From contig OZ250150.1 in assembly GCA_965237675.1 (NCBI GenBank), forward strand, positions 2,944,001 to 3,008,000: DNA of 64,000 bases. Reading direction: 5' to 3'. The position numbers were made by a program, and so were the translations under genes. The DNA is from Candidatus Latescibacterota bacterium (lineage in GTDB: Bacteria; Latescibacterota; UBA2968; GCA-2709665). Shown in pieces: positions 40,500 to 50,688 of the stretch (the stretch's first letter is position 1; each line of letters opens with the position of its first letter). The notes below the pieces were generated by a model. The model searched no databases. It was given only the letters and a program-made list of their open reading frames with translations, and had not been told where the DNA came from.

Positions 40500-41864
40500 G
40501 TGAAAACCCCATTCAAATTGACTTGCGGCCTGATTCTGTGGTTTGCCCTCGCCGGTTGCGCCACGTACACCCACAACGCTGCCACCTTCAGGAGCAGCCT
40601 GGCGCAGGGAAACTACGAAACGGCGCTGCAAAGCCTGGGGAAAGCAAGGAAGGGCCCCGCGCGCCTGCTCTACCTTATGGAGAACGGCCTCATTGCGCAC
40701 TACAGAGGTGAATACCATGTATCCAACCGGTTCTTCGAAGACGCCGAACGACTCTCGGATCGGCTCTTCACGCGCTCGATTTCCAGGGAGGCGGCCTCGC
40801 TGATCACCAACGACCAGGTACGCGCCTATCGTGGCGAGGAATTCGAACTCGCATTCGTCAACTATTACAGGGCGCTCAACTACTGGTATCTCGGCGAGCC
40901 GGAAGAGGCCCTGGTGGAGTGCCGCAAGGCCAACCTGAAACTGGAGCGCTACGCCGCCCAGGCCGACTACGACGCCACGTACCGGAACGATGCATTCATT
41001 CACTATATGACCGGTCTTATTTACGAAGCCACCGGCGAACTCAACGATGCGTACGTGTCCTATCGGAACGCGGTGGATGCCTATGAGACGTATCAAAAGG
41101 CCTTTGGCCTGAAGGCGCCCGCGGCCCTCCGGAAAGATCTCCGGCGCGTCGAGCAAGCTTTGGGTTATACCGAGGACCCGGGTGAAGGGGCCGCCTCCGC
41201 AGACTGGCGCTCACCCACGGCCGGCGAACTGATCCTCTTCTCGGAAATCGGTTTCGTGCCGCACAAGATCCAGGAGGAAATCAACCTGCCCATCTACAAA
41301 GACGACGTCGAACGGGTCTCGAAAAAGCGCGTCGAGGGCCTATCCAAAAAAATCGCGCACCGCCACTTCAAACCCCACTATGCAGGTAAATCGAAAGTCA
41401 AATACTGGCTTCGCGTGGCGCTGCCGGCGTACGAGGACGTCGCACCGCGAACCCGGACAGTAAGGTTAAGTGCCGCCGGACATGAGACCACCACCACACT
41501 GGCGGAAGACCTTTCGGCCATCGCGTGGCAGACGTATCAGGACAAACAACCCGTAGTGCTGGCGCGCACGGTCGCCCGAGGTCTGGCCAAGTACGGGGCT
41601 TCAATCAAAGCGGAAAAAGAAAACAAAGTCCTTGGCTTCTTCGTCAAGCTGTTTGCCGCCGTCACCGAAACGGCCGATACCCGAAGCTGGGTGTCGCTGC
41701 CGCATAACGTGCAAGTCGGCAGGCTCACCCTTCCGGCCGGTACCCACACCCTCACGCTGGAATCCCTGGACGGCCGGGGCCGCGTCATCGCAACCGGAAC
41801 CCTTTCGGACGTACACATCCGACCGGGAGCCCGGACGTTCGTCAACTACCGGACGTACAAATAG
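40500..41864 (+). CDS. COG3014-like TPR lipoprotein
   Basis: Lipobox LAGC; Y.GE.FE...VNYY.ALNY, ALVECR, ADTRSW..LP. Confidence 0.85.
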   Translation: MKTPFKLTCGLILWFALAGCATYTHNAATFRSSLAQGNYETALQSLGKARKGPARLLYLMENGLIAHYRGEYHVSNRFFEDAERLSDRLFTRSISREAASLITNDQVRAYRGEEFELAFVNYYRALNYWYLGEPEEALVECRKANLKLERYAAQADYDATYRNDAFIHYMTGLIYEATGELNDAYVSYRNAVDAYETYQKAFGLKAPAALRKDLRRVEQALGYTEDPGEGAASADWRSPTAGELILFSEIGFVPHKIQEEINLPIYKDDVERVSKKRVEGLSKKIAHRHFKPHYAGKSKVKYWLRVALPAYEDVAPRTRTVRLSAAGHETTTTLAEDLSAIAWQTYQDKQPVVLARTVARGLAKYGASIKAEKENKVLGFFVKLFAAVTETADTRSWVSLPHNVQVGRLTLPAGTHTLTLESLDGRGRVIATGTLSDVHIRPGARTFVNYRTYK

Positions 41865-41890
41865 ACACAACCACCGAAAGGAGGAAGAAA

Positions 41891-42691
41891 ATGAAGCGAC
41901 AGATCTGCGTATATCTGACCCTGTTCCTAGCAGGGTGGGGCGCGGAAGGACAGGCCGCCGACATCCCCACGCGGGGCGCCGTCATCAACATCGTGACGTG
42001 GGACGGTAAGAACCTGCCGCCCATCTACGAACGCTCCGACCAGCTTCCCCTCGACCTGGAAGACGTCATCAATCTCAGCCGGAACGACTTTGACGACGAA
42101 GCGATCAGCCGAATGGTTCGCGAACGCCGGTTTGCGGGTAACGCTTCGGCCGACGCGCTGATTGAACTCAAAAAGGCAGGCGTTTCGCAAAAGGTCATTC
42201 AGGCAATCTCGCTCCACGCGCTGCCCCCCAACCGCGCGCTGACCCTTACGATTCAACTCGAATTCGCTGGTCAGTCCGGGGAAGCCCGCAGACGGTATCT
42301 CTACGTGATTATCCCGGACGGGCCGACCGAGCGCATCTTCACCGCGGACCTGGGCGCCGTGCTGGCGGGGCGCTGGCGCCGGGACGAGCGGGTGGATCTC
42401 ACCGATCCCCTGCTGCCCAAGCAGGTTCGGCGTATCACCTTTGCGGATCGAGTGCCGCTGAAGACGTATGGGTCCAAGACGATACAGGTCTTGACGTCGA
42501 CCAGGCCGGATATATTCCAGTCAACCGATATTCCCGATGCCGACCGCGCCGGCATCCGTGAATTCGTCTTCGACTATCCCGTCAGTTCTCTGTTGCAGGA
42601 CTGCCGGCTCCAGGTGCGCTATCGCCAGGACGTCCTGTTGCCTTACAAGTGGCACATGGCAGGCGCCCACTTCCAATGCGAATGGAATTGA
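41891..42691 (+). CDS. Exported hypothetical protein
   Basis: Signal peptide; DVINL...SADALIELKKAGVS..VI helical motif; GAGGAAG RBS. Confidence 0.7.
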   Translation: MKRQICVYLTLFLAGWGAEGQAADIPTRGAVINIVTWDGKNLPPIYERSDQLPLDLEDVINLSRNDFDDEAISRMVRERRFAGNASADALIELKKAGVSQKVIQAISLHALPPNRALTLTIQLEFAGQSGEARRRYLYVIIPDGPTERIFTADLGAVLAGRWRRDERVDLTDPLLPKQVRRITFADRVPLKTYGSKTIQVLTSTRPDIFQSTDIPDADRAGIREFVFDYPVSSLLQDCRLQVRYRQDVLLPYKWHMAGAHFQCEWN

Positions 42692-42775
42692 GTTCGCAGG
42701 CGCTCGTCTCACGCAACACATGGAACGGGTTAGCTACCGAGCCGGAACACCCATCACCCTGAAAGGAGATACGAC

Positions 42776-43372
42776 ATGAAACCAGGAATCTGCATCACCC
42801 TCGCCGTCGTTCTCGCGTTCGCCGTCAGCTGCGCGGGACCGAGAGCCTTTACAAAGGGCAGCTACGAAGATCCGAACGCCATTGCGCTGCTGGATGACCG
42901 ATTCAGCGAAAACGACATGCAACTCATCGCGAAGAAGATGATCCAGTCCATGGCCGGGAGCAGCATTACAGGGAGAAACGGCACGCCGGTTGTCATGATC
43001 GGAAAAATGCGCAACCGTACATCAGAACACATAGATATGACCATGCTGTCCAACAAGGTCCGCACACAGCTCATCCAGAGCGGCAGATTTCGGTTCGCCG
43101 ACGTGGCAAACCGCCGGGACATCGCCGAGGAGTACGAGTATCAACAGTCCGGCTACGTGGATCCGGACCAGGCCAGCGGTCCTGGCAGCCAGACCGGCGC
43201 GGAGTATCTGCTGACCGGCACACTCACAGCCAACGTCCAGCAGGTGGGCAAGGACAAACTGATCTACTATAAGGCCACCTTCCAGTTGACCAATCTGGTG
43301 ACGTCTGAAATTGCCTGGACCGACGAGAAAGAAATCCGGAAGGCCTACAAGAAACGCCATATTGGATTCTAA
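42776..43372 (+). CDS. lpoB: LpoB/CsgG-like lipoprotein (penicillin-binding protein activator LpoB family)
   Basis: Lipobox AVSC; NRTSEHID, SGRFRF, GAEY.L.G, LTNL.T.EI.W. Confidence 0.8.
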   Translation: MKPGICITLAVVLAFAVSCAGPRAFTKGSYEDPNAIALLDDRFSENDMQLIAKKMIQSMAGSSITGRNGTPVVMIGKMRNRTSEHIDMTMLSNKVRTQLIQSGRFRFADVANRRDIAEEYEYQQSGYVDPDQASGPGSQTGAEYLLTGTLTANVQQVGKDKLIYYKATFQLTNLVTSEIAWTDEKEIRKAYKKRHIGF

Positions 43373-43430
43373 TACGTAGATAGCTGGCATCTCAACCCAC
43401 CGTGTTCCTTAATTTGAAAGGAAACTCGCC

Positions 43431-43985
43431 ATGAAACCCGCACGTTTCACTCTGATTCTCACCTGCTGCTTGGGGCTGCTATCCGTGCCCCTGGCCGCCC
43501 AGGAATCCGGTCGGACCGATGGACCGGAAGGCAGTGAAGTGGGCCGGGGCGGCTATCCGTTCGGCGGTCCAGAAGGCCGATTTTATATCAGCCCGGCGTT
43601 CGGCTCCGGCATCTTCGACAGAAACGCGGACGACAGCCGCTCCGGCCTGCTCTACAGCCTGAACCTGGGTTACGAGCGGGACGGCTGGCTTGCAATAGAG
43701 GGTGGTTATGCCTATCTTTCTGATAAAAAACTGACCATTTACAGCCTGGGTTCCCGCTTCGACTACAACGCCGACCCTTTTGTCTATTATTTCTCGGCGC
43801 AGGCGGGGCTCTACAAGCCAACCGAAGGGGAAAGCAACTTCGGCGTGGCCCCCGGCGCGGGCATCGACATCATTCTCAACGATCGGATTCGCGTTGGGCT
43901 GAACTACAAGCGGGACTTCATCTTTACGGACGGCAACACTACGGATATCGATCGCCTCTTTGCCGGGCTAAAATTCTACTTTTGA
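43431..43985 (+). CDS. Small outer-membrane beta-barrel protein
   Basis: Signal peptide, alternating beta-strands, C-terminal GLKFYF beta-signal. Confidence 0.85.
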   Translation: MKPARFTLILTCCLGLLSVPLAAQESGRTDGPEGSEVGRGGYPFGGPEGRFYISPAFGSGIFDRNADDSRSGLLYSLNLGYERDGWLAIEGGYAYLSDKKLTIYSLGSRFDYNADPFVYYFSAQAGLYKPTEGESNFGVAPGAGIDIILNDRIRVGLNYKRDFIFTDGNTTDIDRLFAGLKFYF

Positions 43986-44300
43986 GCCATGTCATCGGAC
44001 GACCCGCGCGGCGATTCGGGCCGCTCTTCATTTGTCGTCCGCGCTGTCAACGTCGCGCAATACGAGGGAGGTATCGCGGAATCGAAAAGAGATCTTTTCG
44101 CCGATGCGCAAGAGCGGCAACGAAATCAAACGGGCTGTCCGAGTCCCTATCCGGCAGCCCGTTCGGCATGATGCGTTTCCGTTGCTACGTGCCGGCCGAT
44201 TTGTTAACTTTGAACGGCTGGCAGGTAAGCGCATTGCCGCGGGGGCAGGGTAGGGGAGGAGGGCGGCTACGGTCCCGTTCCATAATTGAGAGTTCGGTAT

Positions 44301-45533
44301 ATGATCATTCGAGATCCGGTACACGGCGACCTTCGCTTCGACGAAGTGGAGCGCCGTGTGATGGACACCCGGCAATTCCAGCGCCTGCGAGGCATCCGGC
44401 AGACCGGCACGGCCTATCTCGTGTACCCGGGCTGCACGCATACACGGTTCGAACACTCCCTGGGTACCGCCGCAATGGCGAGGCACATTGTAGGTGTTCT
44501 CAGAGACTCCGGAACCAGCGTGAGCCCCGAACAGGAAACCGCTGTGGTTCTGGCCGCCCTCGTACACGACGTGTCTCATTTTCCCTTTGGCCATACCTTT
44601 GAAGACGAACGCAAGCTGTTTCCGCGCCACGATACCGCGGAACGGATCGGACACGCGCTCTCCCAGGATGAACTGTCGAATGCTCTGGACGCATCCGGCC
44701 AGAGAGAACAGGTGGTCGCCCTCCTCACCCAGCGCAGTTTCGATCCGCCCTGGATGCGGCAGATCGTTACGAGCACCGTCGATGCGGACCTGCTCGACTA
44801 CCTTCGCCGCGACGCCTATTTCGCGGGATTGAAACACGATTACGACGACCGCATTCTAAGCACCTTCACGGTTGCCGACAACAAGCTCGCCATCAACCTG
44901 GAGAAACTCAGCACCCGGACGGAATTGCTCCATCTCCTGCGGCTGCGTTATTTCCTGACCGAACGCGTCTACTTTCACCACGCGAAGATCGCATCCGGCG
45001 CCATGATTGCCAAAGCCGTGGAACTGGCCGTCCAGCAGGGCCTGCGGCAGGAGGATATTTACCATCTCACGGATGGCGCCCTTCTTCGGTCCCTCACCGC
45101 AAGAAAGGATGAACGCATTGATCGCCTGGTCCGGGGTGTGGTCTACCGCAATCTGCTGAAGCGGGCTTACGTGCTTTCTACGGGCGAAATCGGGAGGCGC
45201 GCGCGGGATGAACTGATCGCTTCGTACAACAGATCCGTCGAATCCAGGCAGCGGGTCGAACGTGAAATAGCCGACGCCATCGTCGTCGAACCCGACCAGG
45301 TGATCCTGTACTGCCCGGACATTTCCTCCATCAAGGAGGCCAGGGTCTTCACGAAAACCAAAAACGGCGTCCGTCGCCTCAATGAACCCCTCGACAGTCC
45401 GCCGTTCGACGTGAAGGCGGTGGAGGACCAATACGAACGGCTCTGGAAACTCTACGTCTTTGTCCCAGACGGCTACCAGGAACGCGCCGCCAAGGTCTGC
45501 GAACGACTCTTCGGAGAGAAGAACGCCGTTTAG
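44301..45533 (+). CDS. HD-domain phosphohydrolase (COG1078, SAMHD1/dNTPase-like)
   Basis: RDPVHG, FQRLR.I.Q.G, RFEHSLG, HD..H.PFGH, DAD..DY..RD, VYFHH. Confidence 0.92.
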   Translation: MIIRDPVHGDLRFDEVERRVMDTRQFQRLRGIRQTGTAYLVYPGCTHTRFEHSLGTAAMARHIVGVLRDSGTSVSPEQETAVVLAALVHDVSHFPFGHTFEDERKLFPRHDTAERIGHALSQDELSNALDASGQREQVVALLTQRSFDPPWMRQIVTSTVDADLLDYLRRDAYFAGLKHDYDDRILSTFTVADNKLAINLEKLSTRTELLHLLRLRYFLTERVYFHHAKIASGAMIAKAVELAVQQGLRQEDIYHLTDGALLRSLTARKDERIDRLVRGVVYRNLLKRAYVLSTGEIGRRARDELIASYNRSVESRQRVEREIADAIVVEPDQVILYCPDISSIKEARVFTKTKNGVRRLNEPLDSPPFDVKAVEDQYERLWKLYVFVPDGYQERAAKVCERLFGEKNAV

Positions 45534-45695
45534 CGGTGGATGTCGACCATCGGGAGAACCCGCGCCCCTCCCGATTCGCATCCCGCTCTTGCCGGAAGCC
45601 CCCTCATCAGCGGGCAGAAACAAAACCTTCCTCCCTGTCGGAAAGAAGGGTTGACCTCGAGTTCCGGCCCCGCATCGTTCATACATCCAGCGTCA

Positions 45696-46235
45696 TCAGC
45701 GATTCCGCCGCTGGCCGGGATGTCTCACCGCGTGGAAGAGTGGAAGTTCGTCACTCAGCCTGTCTTCCAGCCGTTTGTGGCACGACGCGCACACCGAGAT
45801 CAGATTGTCCAGCCGGTTGGCGGCCGCGGCCGAAGCAAACAATCGGACGGGCGTCTTGTGATGCACGTCCAGTTGCCGGCCCAGCGTTTCTTCGGTAACC
45901 CCGCATTTCCGGCACCGGAAGCCGTCCCGTTCTCTCGCCACCGCGGTCTGCACCTTCCAGTTTCCACCCCTGTATTCCGGGCGTCCCCTCAAAACCAGAC
46001 GGCTCTCGTCTTCCGGAAGTACCGATGTCCACGCGTCGAGGCAGGTTTTGCCGCAGAAGTGAAGCCGCACCGTCCCGCGGGCAAACCAGCGCGGGACGCC
46101 AAATGGGTTCCCACACTGTTCGCAGCGGACCGGAACCTTCTGCGCTTCAGGCGCCGTCCGCGTGTCTGAGAAATGCAGTTGCAACTGTGTCGAAGAAACG
46201 GGAACGCCATCCACCGTATGTCCGCGCCCGGGCAC
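45696..46235 (-). CDS. HNH endonuclease with N-terminal zinc finger
   Basis: CEQCG...FCGKTC; RDGFRCRKCG, LDVHH, NLISVCASCH; GTG start after CAGGAG. Confidence 0.85.
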   Translation of the reverse strand: MPGRGHTVDGVPVSSTQLQLHFSDTRTAPEAQKVPVRCEQCGNPFGVPRWFARGTVRLHFCGKTCLDAWTSVLPEDESRLVLRGRPEYRGGNWKVQTAVARERDGFRCRKCGVTEETLGRQLDVHHKTPVRLFASAAAANRLDNLISVCASCHKRLEDRLSDELPLFHAVRHPGQRRNR

Positions 46236-46561
46236 AACCAACTCCTGGCTGAGTCAGCATTTCGATAGCCGCGCCACCAAAGGAAAATCTCGTTAACACG
46301 TTGAATATAGGCGTGTTACAAAAATAAGTCAAACACCATCCCGGTTTCCGGACCCGTGGGGGTCCCGATTCTCCATATCCATCCGATCCCGACTCCTTAC
46401 GGCCATCCGCGGGCAACGGGGGTTCGCGTGACTATAGACATGATCGTACCCTTCAGGTGTCCACGCCGCTATCCGTTTGCTGTGCTCGAGGGGGGACGGC
46501 AGTGATCGGGCCCCTTGCCGAACATCGTGCCTGACGCACCATCAGAGGGAAACAGAACGCC

Positions 46562-48160
46562 ATGCAGCGAATTATACCGACGGACCCGGCGCCGACTACA
46601 GGGTCCCCCAGGGGCAGCCGCCGTTTGATTCACACCAGCGACATGGGCTCCCATTTCGGCCGGGGGACCTGGCTCTTCGGCGATCCGGCGAAGCCCGATC
46701 ACCTGAGGGACTGGATCCGCAGCGTGGCTGCCGGAGGCGCGGATACGTATGTGCCGGAAGTCTATTTCGACGGCCTGATCGCCTATTATCACAGTTGCAG
46801 ATGCCCGAACTGGAGTTCGCCGGCGTTCCATAGATTCGACGCGATGATGGACGGCGGCGTGATGCCGCTGGAAATATTCGTCGACGAAGCGCGTAACCAG
46901 GGCATTGAACTGCTGGCGGGTTTCCGGATGAACGATCGCCACGGGGTCAACAAACCCTTTTTTGAAACCCATCCCCAGTGGATCCTGGAGGACCTCGGTC
47001 ATGGCGTCGACTATTCGCTGCCCGACGTGCGGGACTGGATCTTCTCCATAATACAGGAGGTTCCGGAGCGGTTTGACGTGGACGGGATCGAACTCAATTT
47101 CATCCGCCACGGGTACTGCTTCCCGCCCTCCGAGGCCGTGGACCGGCATCCTATTATGTCCGAATTCATGCGGCGGCTCCGCGCGATGCTCGACAGTACC
47201 GGGAGAAAGAGAGGACGGCGCCTCCTGATGGGGGTACGGGTGCCAACCACCCTGGAGGAATGCCGGCACTTCGGCCTCGACGTCCCCACGTGGGTTGCGG
47301 AAGGTCTGGTCGACTACGTGGCGCCCACCGACTATCACTACACAAACTTCAATATGAGGGTCGAACAATTCGCCAATTTTGTCCGCGCCTCGGACAACTG
47401 CTACCTTTATCCCGCCATTCAGGCCGACGTGCCCGGCAATTGCGCGATCATGACGCTGGACAACTACCGGGCCGCCGTCCGGAACTTCTACGAAGCCGGC
47501 GCCGACGGAATTTCTACCCACAATTACGACGTCTATATGTGGGGGCAACTCCGTAGCAAGACCTATCCCGGGCCCGCCGACATGTATCCGAAGGCGCTGG
47601 ACTACTTCAGAACCCTGAAAAACCCCGATGCGGTCGCCGGGGGAGACAGACACTATCTCTTCCTGCCGCTTTGGGCGCAAGAACTCCACCCGAAGGGCTA
47701 CCGGAGCATACCCATTCCACATCCACGCGCAACCGTCACCGGGTCCAGTCCGAGCGACGTGTTTTCGTTCCGAATTTGCGAGCATCTACCGGAAAAAACC
47801 GATCTGCCCGTGGACGCGCGGGGCGTATACGCCGGAAGGTTCAACCGGGCGGGCAAGCCTCCCGGCGCCTGGCTGATCTTCAGAGCCATCGGTATGGGCC
47901 CCGAGGATGAGATCGCCGTAACCCTGAACGGCCGGGATATCGCGGCAGACGCCATGCGCCCCATCTATCACCCACGGGGCCGGCCGGCATGGGAGGGGAG
48001 GCCGTTGCCGCCATACACGGAATTGCGCGTCGCTCTGACGTCGCCGCCCGGCGTCTACGGGGACAATACCCTGGGCATCAAGTGGGTCTCCAGAAACCGG
48101 GCCGAGGCCCGGGAGATTACCGTCGATGAAGTCGAGGTGGTCGTCAATATCGCGGACTGA
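46562..48160 (+). CDS. GHL10/DUF187-like TIM-barrel putative glycoside hydrolase
   Basis: FRMND.H, HPQW, DY..P.VR, DVDGIELNF.R, GLDV..W...GLVD, GADG. Confidence 0.7.
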   Translation: MQRIIPTDPAPTTGSPRGSRRLIHTSDMGSHFGRGTWLFGDPAKPDHLRDWIRSVAAGGADTYVPEVYFDGLIAYYHSCRCPNWSSPAFHRFDAMMDGGVMPLEIFVDEARNQGIELLAGFRMNDRHGVNKPFFETHPQWILEDLGHGVDYSLPDVRDWIFSIIQEVPERFDVDGIELNFIRHGYCFPPSEAVDRHPIMSEFMRRLRAMLDSTGRKRGRRLLMGVRVPTTLEECRHFGLDVPTWVAEGLVDYVAPTDYHYTNFNMRVEQFANFVRASDNCYLYPAIQADVPGNCAIMTLDNYRAAVRNFYEAGADGISTHNYDVYMWGQLRSKTYPGPADMYPKALDYFRTLKNPDAVAGGDRHYLFLPLWAQELHPKGYRSIPIPHPRATVTGSSPSDVFSFRICEHLPEKTDLPVDARGVYAGRFNRAGKPPGAWLIFRAIGMGPEDEIAVTLNGRDIAADAMRPIYHPRGRPAWEGRPLPPYTELRVALTSPPGVYGDNTLGIKWVSRNRAEAREITVDEVEVVVNIAD

Positions 48161-48211
48161 CCTCCGGCATCTGCGGTTAGGGGGTCGCAAGCAACCAGGA
48201 GGAAACCATTC

Positions 48212-49399
48212 ATGCCCGTACCTGATATCTACTCGGAGACGCGAATCTCCATGCTCACGCCGGATCTCAGACAGAGAGTGCGGGACAACCTGGTGACGTC
48301 CCAATTCAAGAAGGCGGGATGCACCCGGCCGGACGGGAAGGAGTGGCCGGCGTGGTTCGACCGTGCGCCGATCCGGCGCGTTCGGGTGGCGACGGGCTCA
48401 AGTACGTTCGGCACGTACAATCACCAGGCCGGTATCTGCAGATGGCGAAACCGGTATTGGTACGTGTTTTCGAACGGCGCCGTGCATGAAGAAGCGCCAG
48501 GACAGCAGACACTGATCACCCGGAGCCAGGATCTCTCGTCCTGGTCAAGGCCTTCCTGCGTGGCGCCGGGCGACGTTTCGCGGAGTCTGTGGCGCAATAC
48601 CGGCGGGATTATGGATTACGAAGACCGTCTCGTCGTATTCGTACAGACGAAAACCGGCGGTGGGGCTGCCGCGAAGCCGGGAATGAGCGCTAACCAGGAG
48701 AGCAAGACCACCTGCAAGATAGGGCTTGTCATTTCCGCCGACGGCGAGAACTGGATGGAGCGGGACGTCGCCGAAGACTGTTTCTGGTACGAAGCGCCCA
48801 GGTTGACACGGGAGGGAAGGCTTCTGTGCGCGGGATCCCGATTGGGAAGACCGATCGTGTTTCTGTGGCCGGGCGAGAATCCCCTGGAGCACCCGGAGAT
48901 CGTAGAGATCCCCTACGACGGTTCCCGGGGGATGGATTCAGGGAGGTTTCCTTACGGAGAAGCATCGTGGTATCAAACGGACGACGACAAAATCTTCATG
49001 TTTCACCGGAACGAGACGGACGAAATGAGGTTGCGCGTGGCGCTCAGCGAGGATGGCGGCAGAAGCTGGACCCCTCCCATGCTGTCGAATATCCCCGACT
49101 CGAAGTCGCGCGTAAGCGCGGGACGCCTGGCGGACGGGCGTTACTTCCTGATTAACAACGCCATCGCCGACCTGTTGAACCGGGTGCCGCTGATGATATC
49201 CTTATCAGCGGACGGCGTGAAATTCGAAAGCCAGTACTTCCTCATTGACGAACCCGCGACGATCGCCTTTCCGGGCGCCCTGAAGGCCCACGGACACCAG
49301 TATCCCTGCGGCATGGTCGAGCAGGACAGGCTGATCGTCGCCTACTCGGTCAACAAAGAGCACATGGAACTCCTCACGGTGGATCCGAGAGACCTTTGA
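48212..49399 (+). CDS. BNR/Asp-box sialidase-like beta-propeller
   Basis: Asp boxes SQDLSSW, SADGENW, SEDGGRSW, SADG; YP near C-terminus. Confidence 0.8.
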   Translation: MPVPDIYSETRISMLTPDLRQRVRDNLVTSQFKKAGCTRPDGKEWPAWFDRAPIRRVRVATGSSTFGTYNHQAGICRWRNRYWYVFSNGAVHEEAPGQQTLITRSQDLSSWSRPSCVAPGDVSRSLWRNTGGIMDYEDRLVVFVQTKTGGGAAAKPGMSANQESKTTCKIGLVISADGENWMERDVAEDCFWYEAPRLTREGRLLCAGSRLGRPIVFLWPGENPLEHPEIVEIPYDGSRGMDSGRFPYGEASWYQTDDDKIFMFHRNETDEMRLRVALSEDGGRSWTPPMLSNIPDSKSRVSAGRLADGRYFLINNAIADLLNRVPLMISLSADGVKFESQYFLIDEPATIAFPGALKAHGHQYPCGMVEQDRLIVAYSVNKEHMELLTVDPRDL

Positions 49400-49413
49400 G
49401 GCGACCGAATTGC

Positions 49414-50055
49414 TCAATCGCTCAGCCGAAACCGGATGGGCATCGTCATTTTCACGGCGACGGACCGGTCGTTCTGCACGGCGGGTTCGAATGCAAATTG
49501 CGAAACCGCCTCGACTGCCGCCTGTCTGAAGATTTCCGGTCCGCGCACCACCCGCACGTCTCTGACGCTTCCGTCGGCGCCTACCGTGAACGCCACGAAC
49601 ACCACCCCTTCCAGCCCGGCTCTCTTCGCCATTTCCGGGTAAACAGGCAAAGTCAGACGGACCGGCGCGGGTTGCTGCTCAACCCGCCAGAATTCCAGGA
49701 CTTCCTCCTCAACGGGCGCGGTCTCGTAGCGCACCGGTTCCGGCAGATCCACGGGTATTCGATCGAAACCCAGTTCCGTAGACGCAATGGTCACGTCTTC
49801 CGGTACATCGTCGCTGTCTGTTTCGACGGGCATTGCGGGGCGTTTGGGTTCCGGGCGGCGCATCTGCCGGGTTTCCGGAATCCGCTCGACAGTTAATACG
49901 TCGGGCGGGCGAATCCGCGCAGAGGTGTCCATGTCGAACGAGGGAAACATCAGCGCGAGTACCAGAAGAAGCAGGAAGGAAATACCGACACACCGCGCCA
50001 TCACCTTCGGGTATGCCAACTTCAGGTCCACAGCGGGAAATTTATGGCGTATCAT
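49414..50055 (-). CDS. Energy transducer TonB
   Basis: TM anchor, Pro-rich linker, YPEMAKRAGLEG.V.V.F.V..DG; own AAGGAGG RBS before ATG 50055, yet in frame with upstream redoxin. Confidence 0.88.
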   Translation of the reverse strand: MIRHKFPAVDLKLAYPKVMARCVGISFLLLLVLALMFPSFDMDTSARIRPPDVLTVERIPETRQMRRPEPKRPAMPVETDSDDVPEDVTIASTELGFDRIPVDLPEPVRYETAPVEEEVLEFWRVEQQPAPVRLTLPVYPEMAKRAGLEGVVFVAFTVGADGSVRDVRVVRGPEIFRQAAVEAVSQFAFEPAVQNDRSVAVKMTMPIRFRLSD

Positions 50056-50688
50056 CGTCAGCCTCCTTTTCGACGGGAAGAGTTTCCCGATAGGTTGAAT
50101 TCCGTTCCTCGGCTCTCCTCGATTATCCAACAAGCGTCTGAACTTCTCGCCCCAAAGAGCCAGTTTCAGGGATACGTAGGATCCTCCAACTATCCGATCT
50201 CTCAACACACCGAACTTATCCACAAGAAATGTCGTCGGAATGGCATCCACGCCGTACAGCTTCCTGACCTTGTTGTCCTCATCAACCAGGGAAATGAAGG
50301 TGTAATCCCTCTCCTGCACATACTGGCGCGCGATGTTCGGGGATTCAACGTTTACGGCCAGGACCACCAGGTCGAGACCATTCTCTGAAAGGTGCGCCTG
50401 ATTCAGGTGTGGCAGTGAATCAACACACGGTCCGCACCACGTCGCCCAGAAGTCAATCAGAATGGTCTTACCTTCAAAATCACTGAGCCGTATGGAATCA
50501 CCATCTATGTCACGGAGGGCAAAATCTGGAGCTCTCTCCTCCAGTGCGGCCACTATCTCTCCGTCTGCACCCACGGACACAGGGATCTTTCAAGGAAAGG
50601 TTGAATAGATGTAGAACATATGGCCGAGAACCAAAATCGCGATAACGGCATTGATGCTCTTCAGCGGAAATGCTTTCTCTCGTCTCAT
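50056..50688 (-). CDS. TlpA/ResA-like redoxin with in-frame TGA after its membrane anchor; reads into tonB without a stop
   Basis: APDF.L, IDFWATWCGPC, YGV.AIPTTFLVD; ATG 50688 with GAGGA RBS, TGA at 50590-50592. Confidence 0.75.

Noticed and set aside
45696-46235. Prophage or intron around the HNH gene
   Set aside because: No phage structural genes, integrase or split host gene nearby
21625-47785. Long antisense ORFs (e.g. 21625-23130, 25061-26737, 34477-35781, 46469-47785)
   Set aside because: Shadow frames of well-supported genes in GC-rich DNA, with no motifs
50590-50592. Selenocysteine codon in the redoxin
   Set aside because: Lies in the linker, the CxxC is intact and no convincing SECIS hairpin follows
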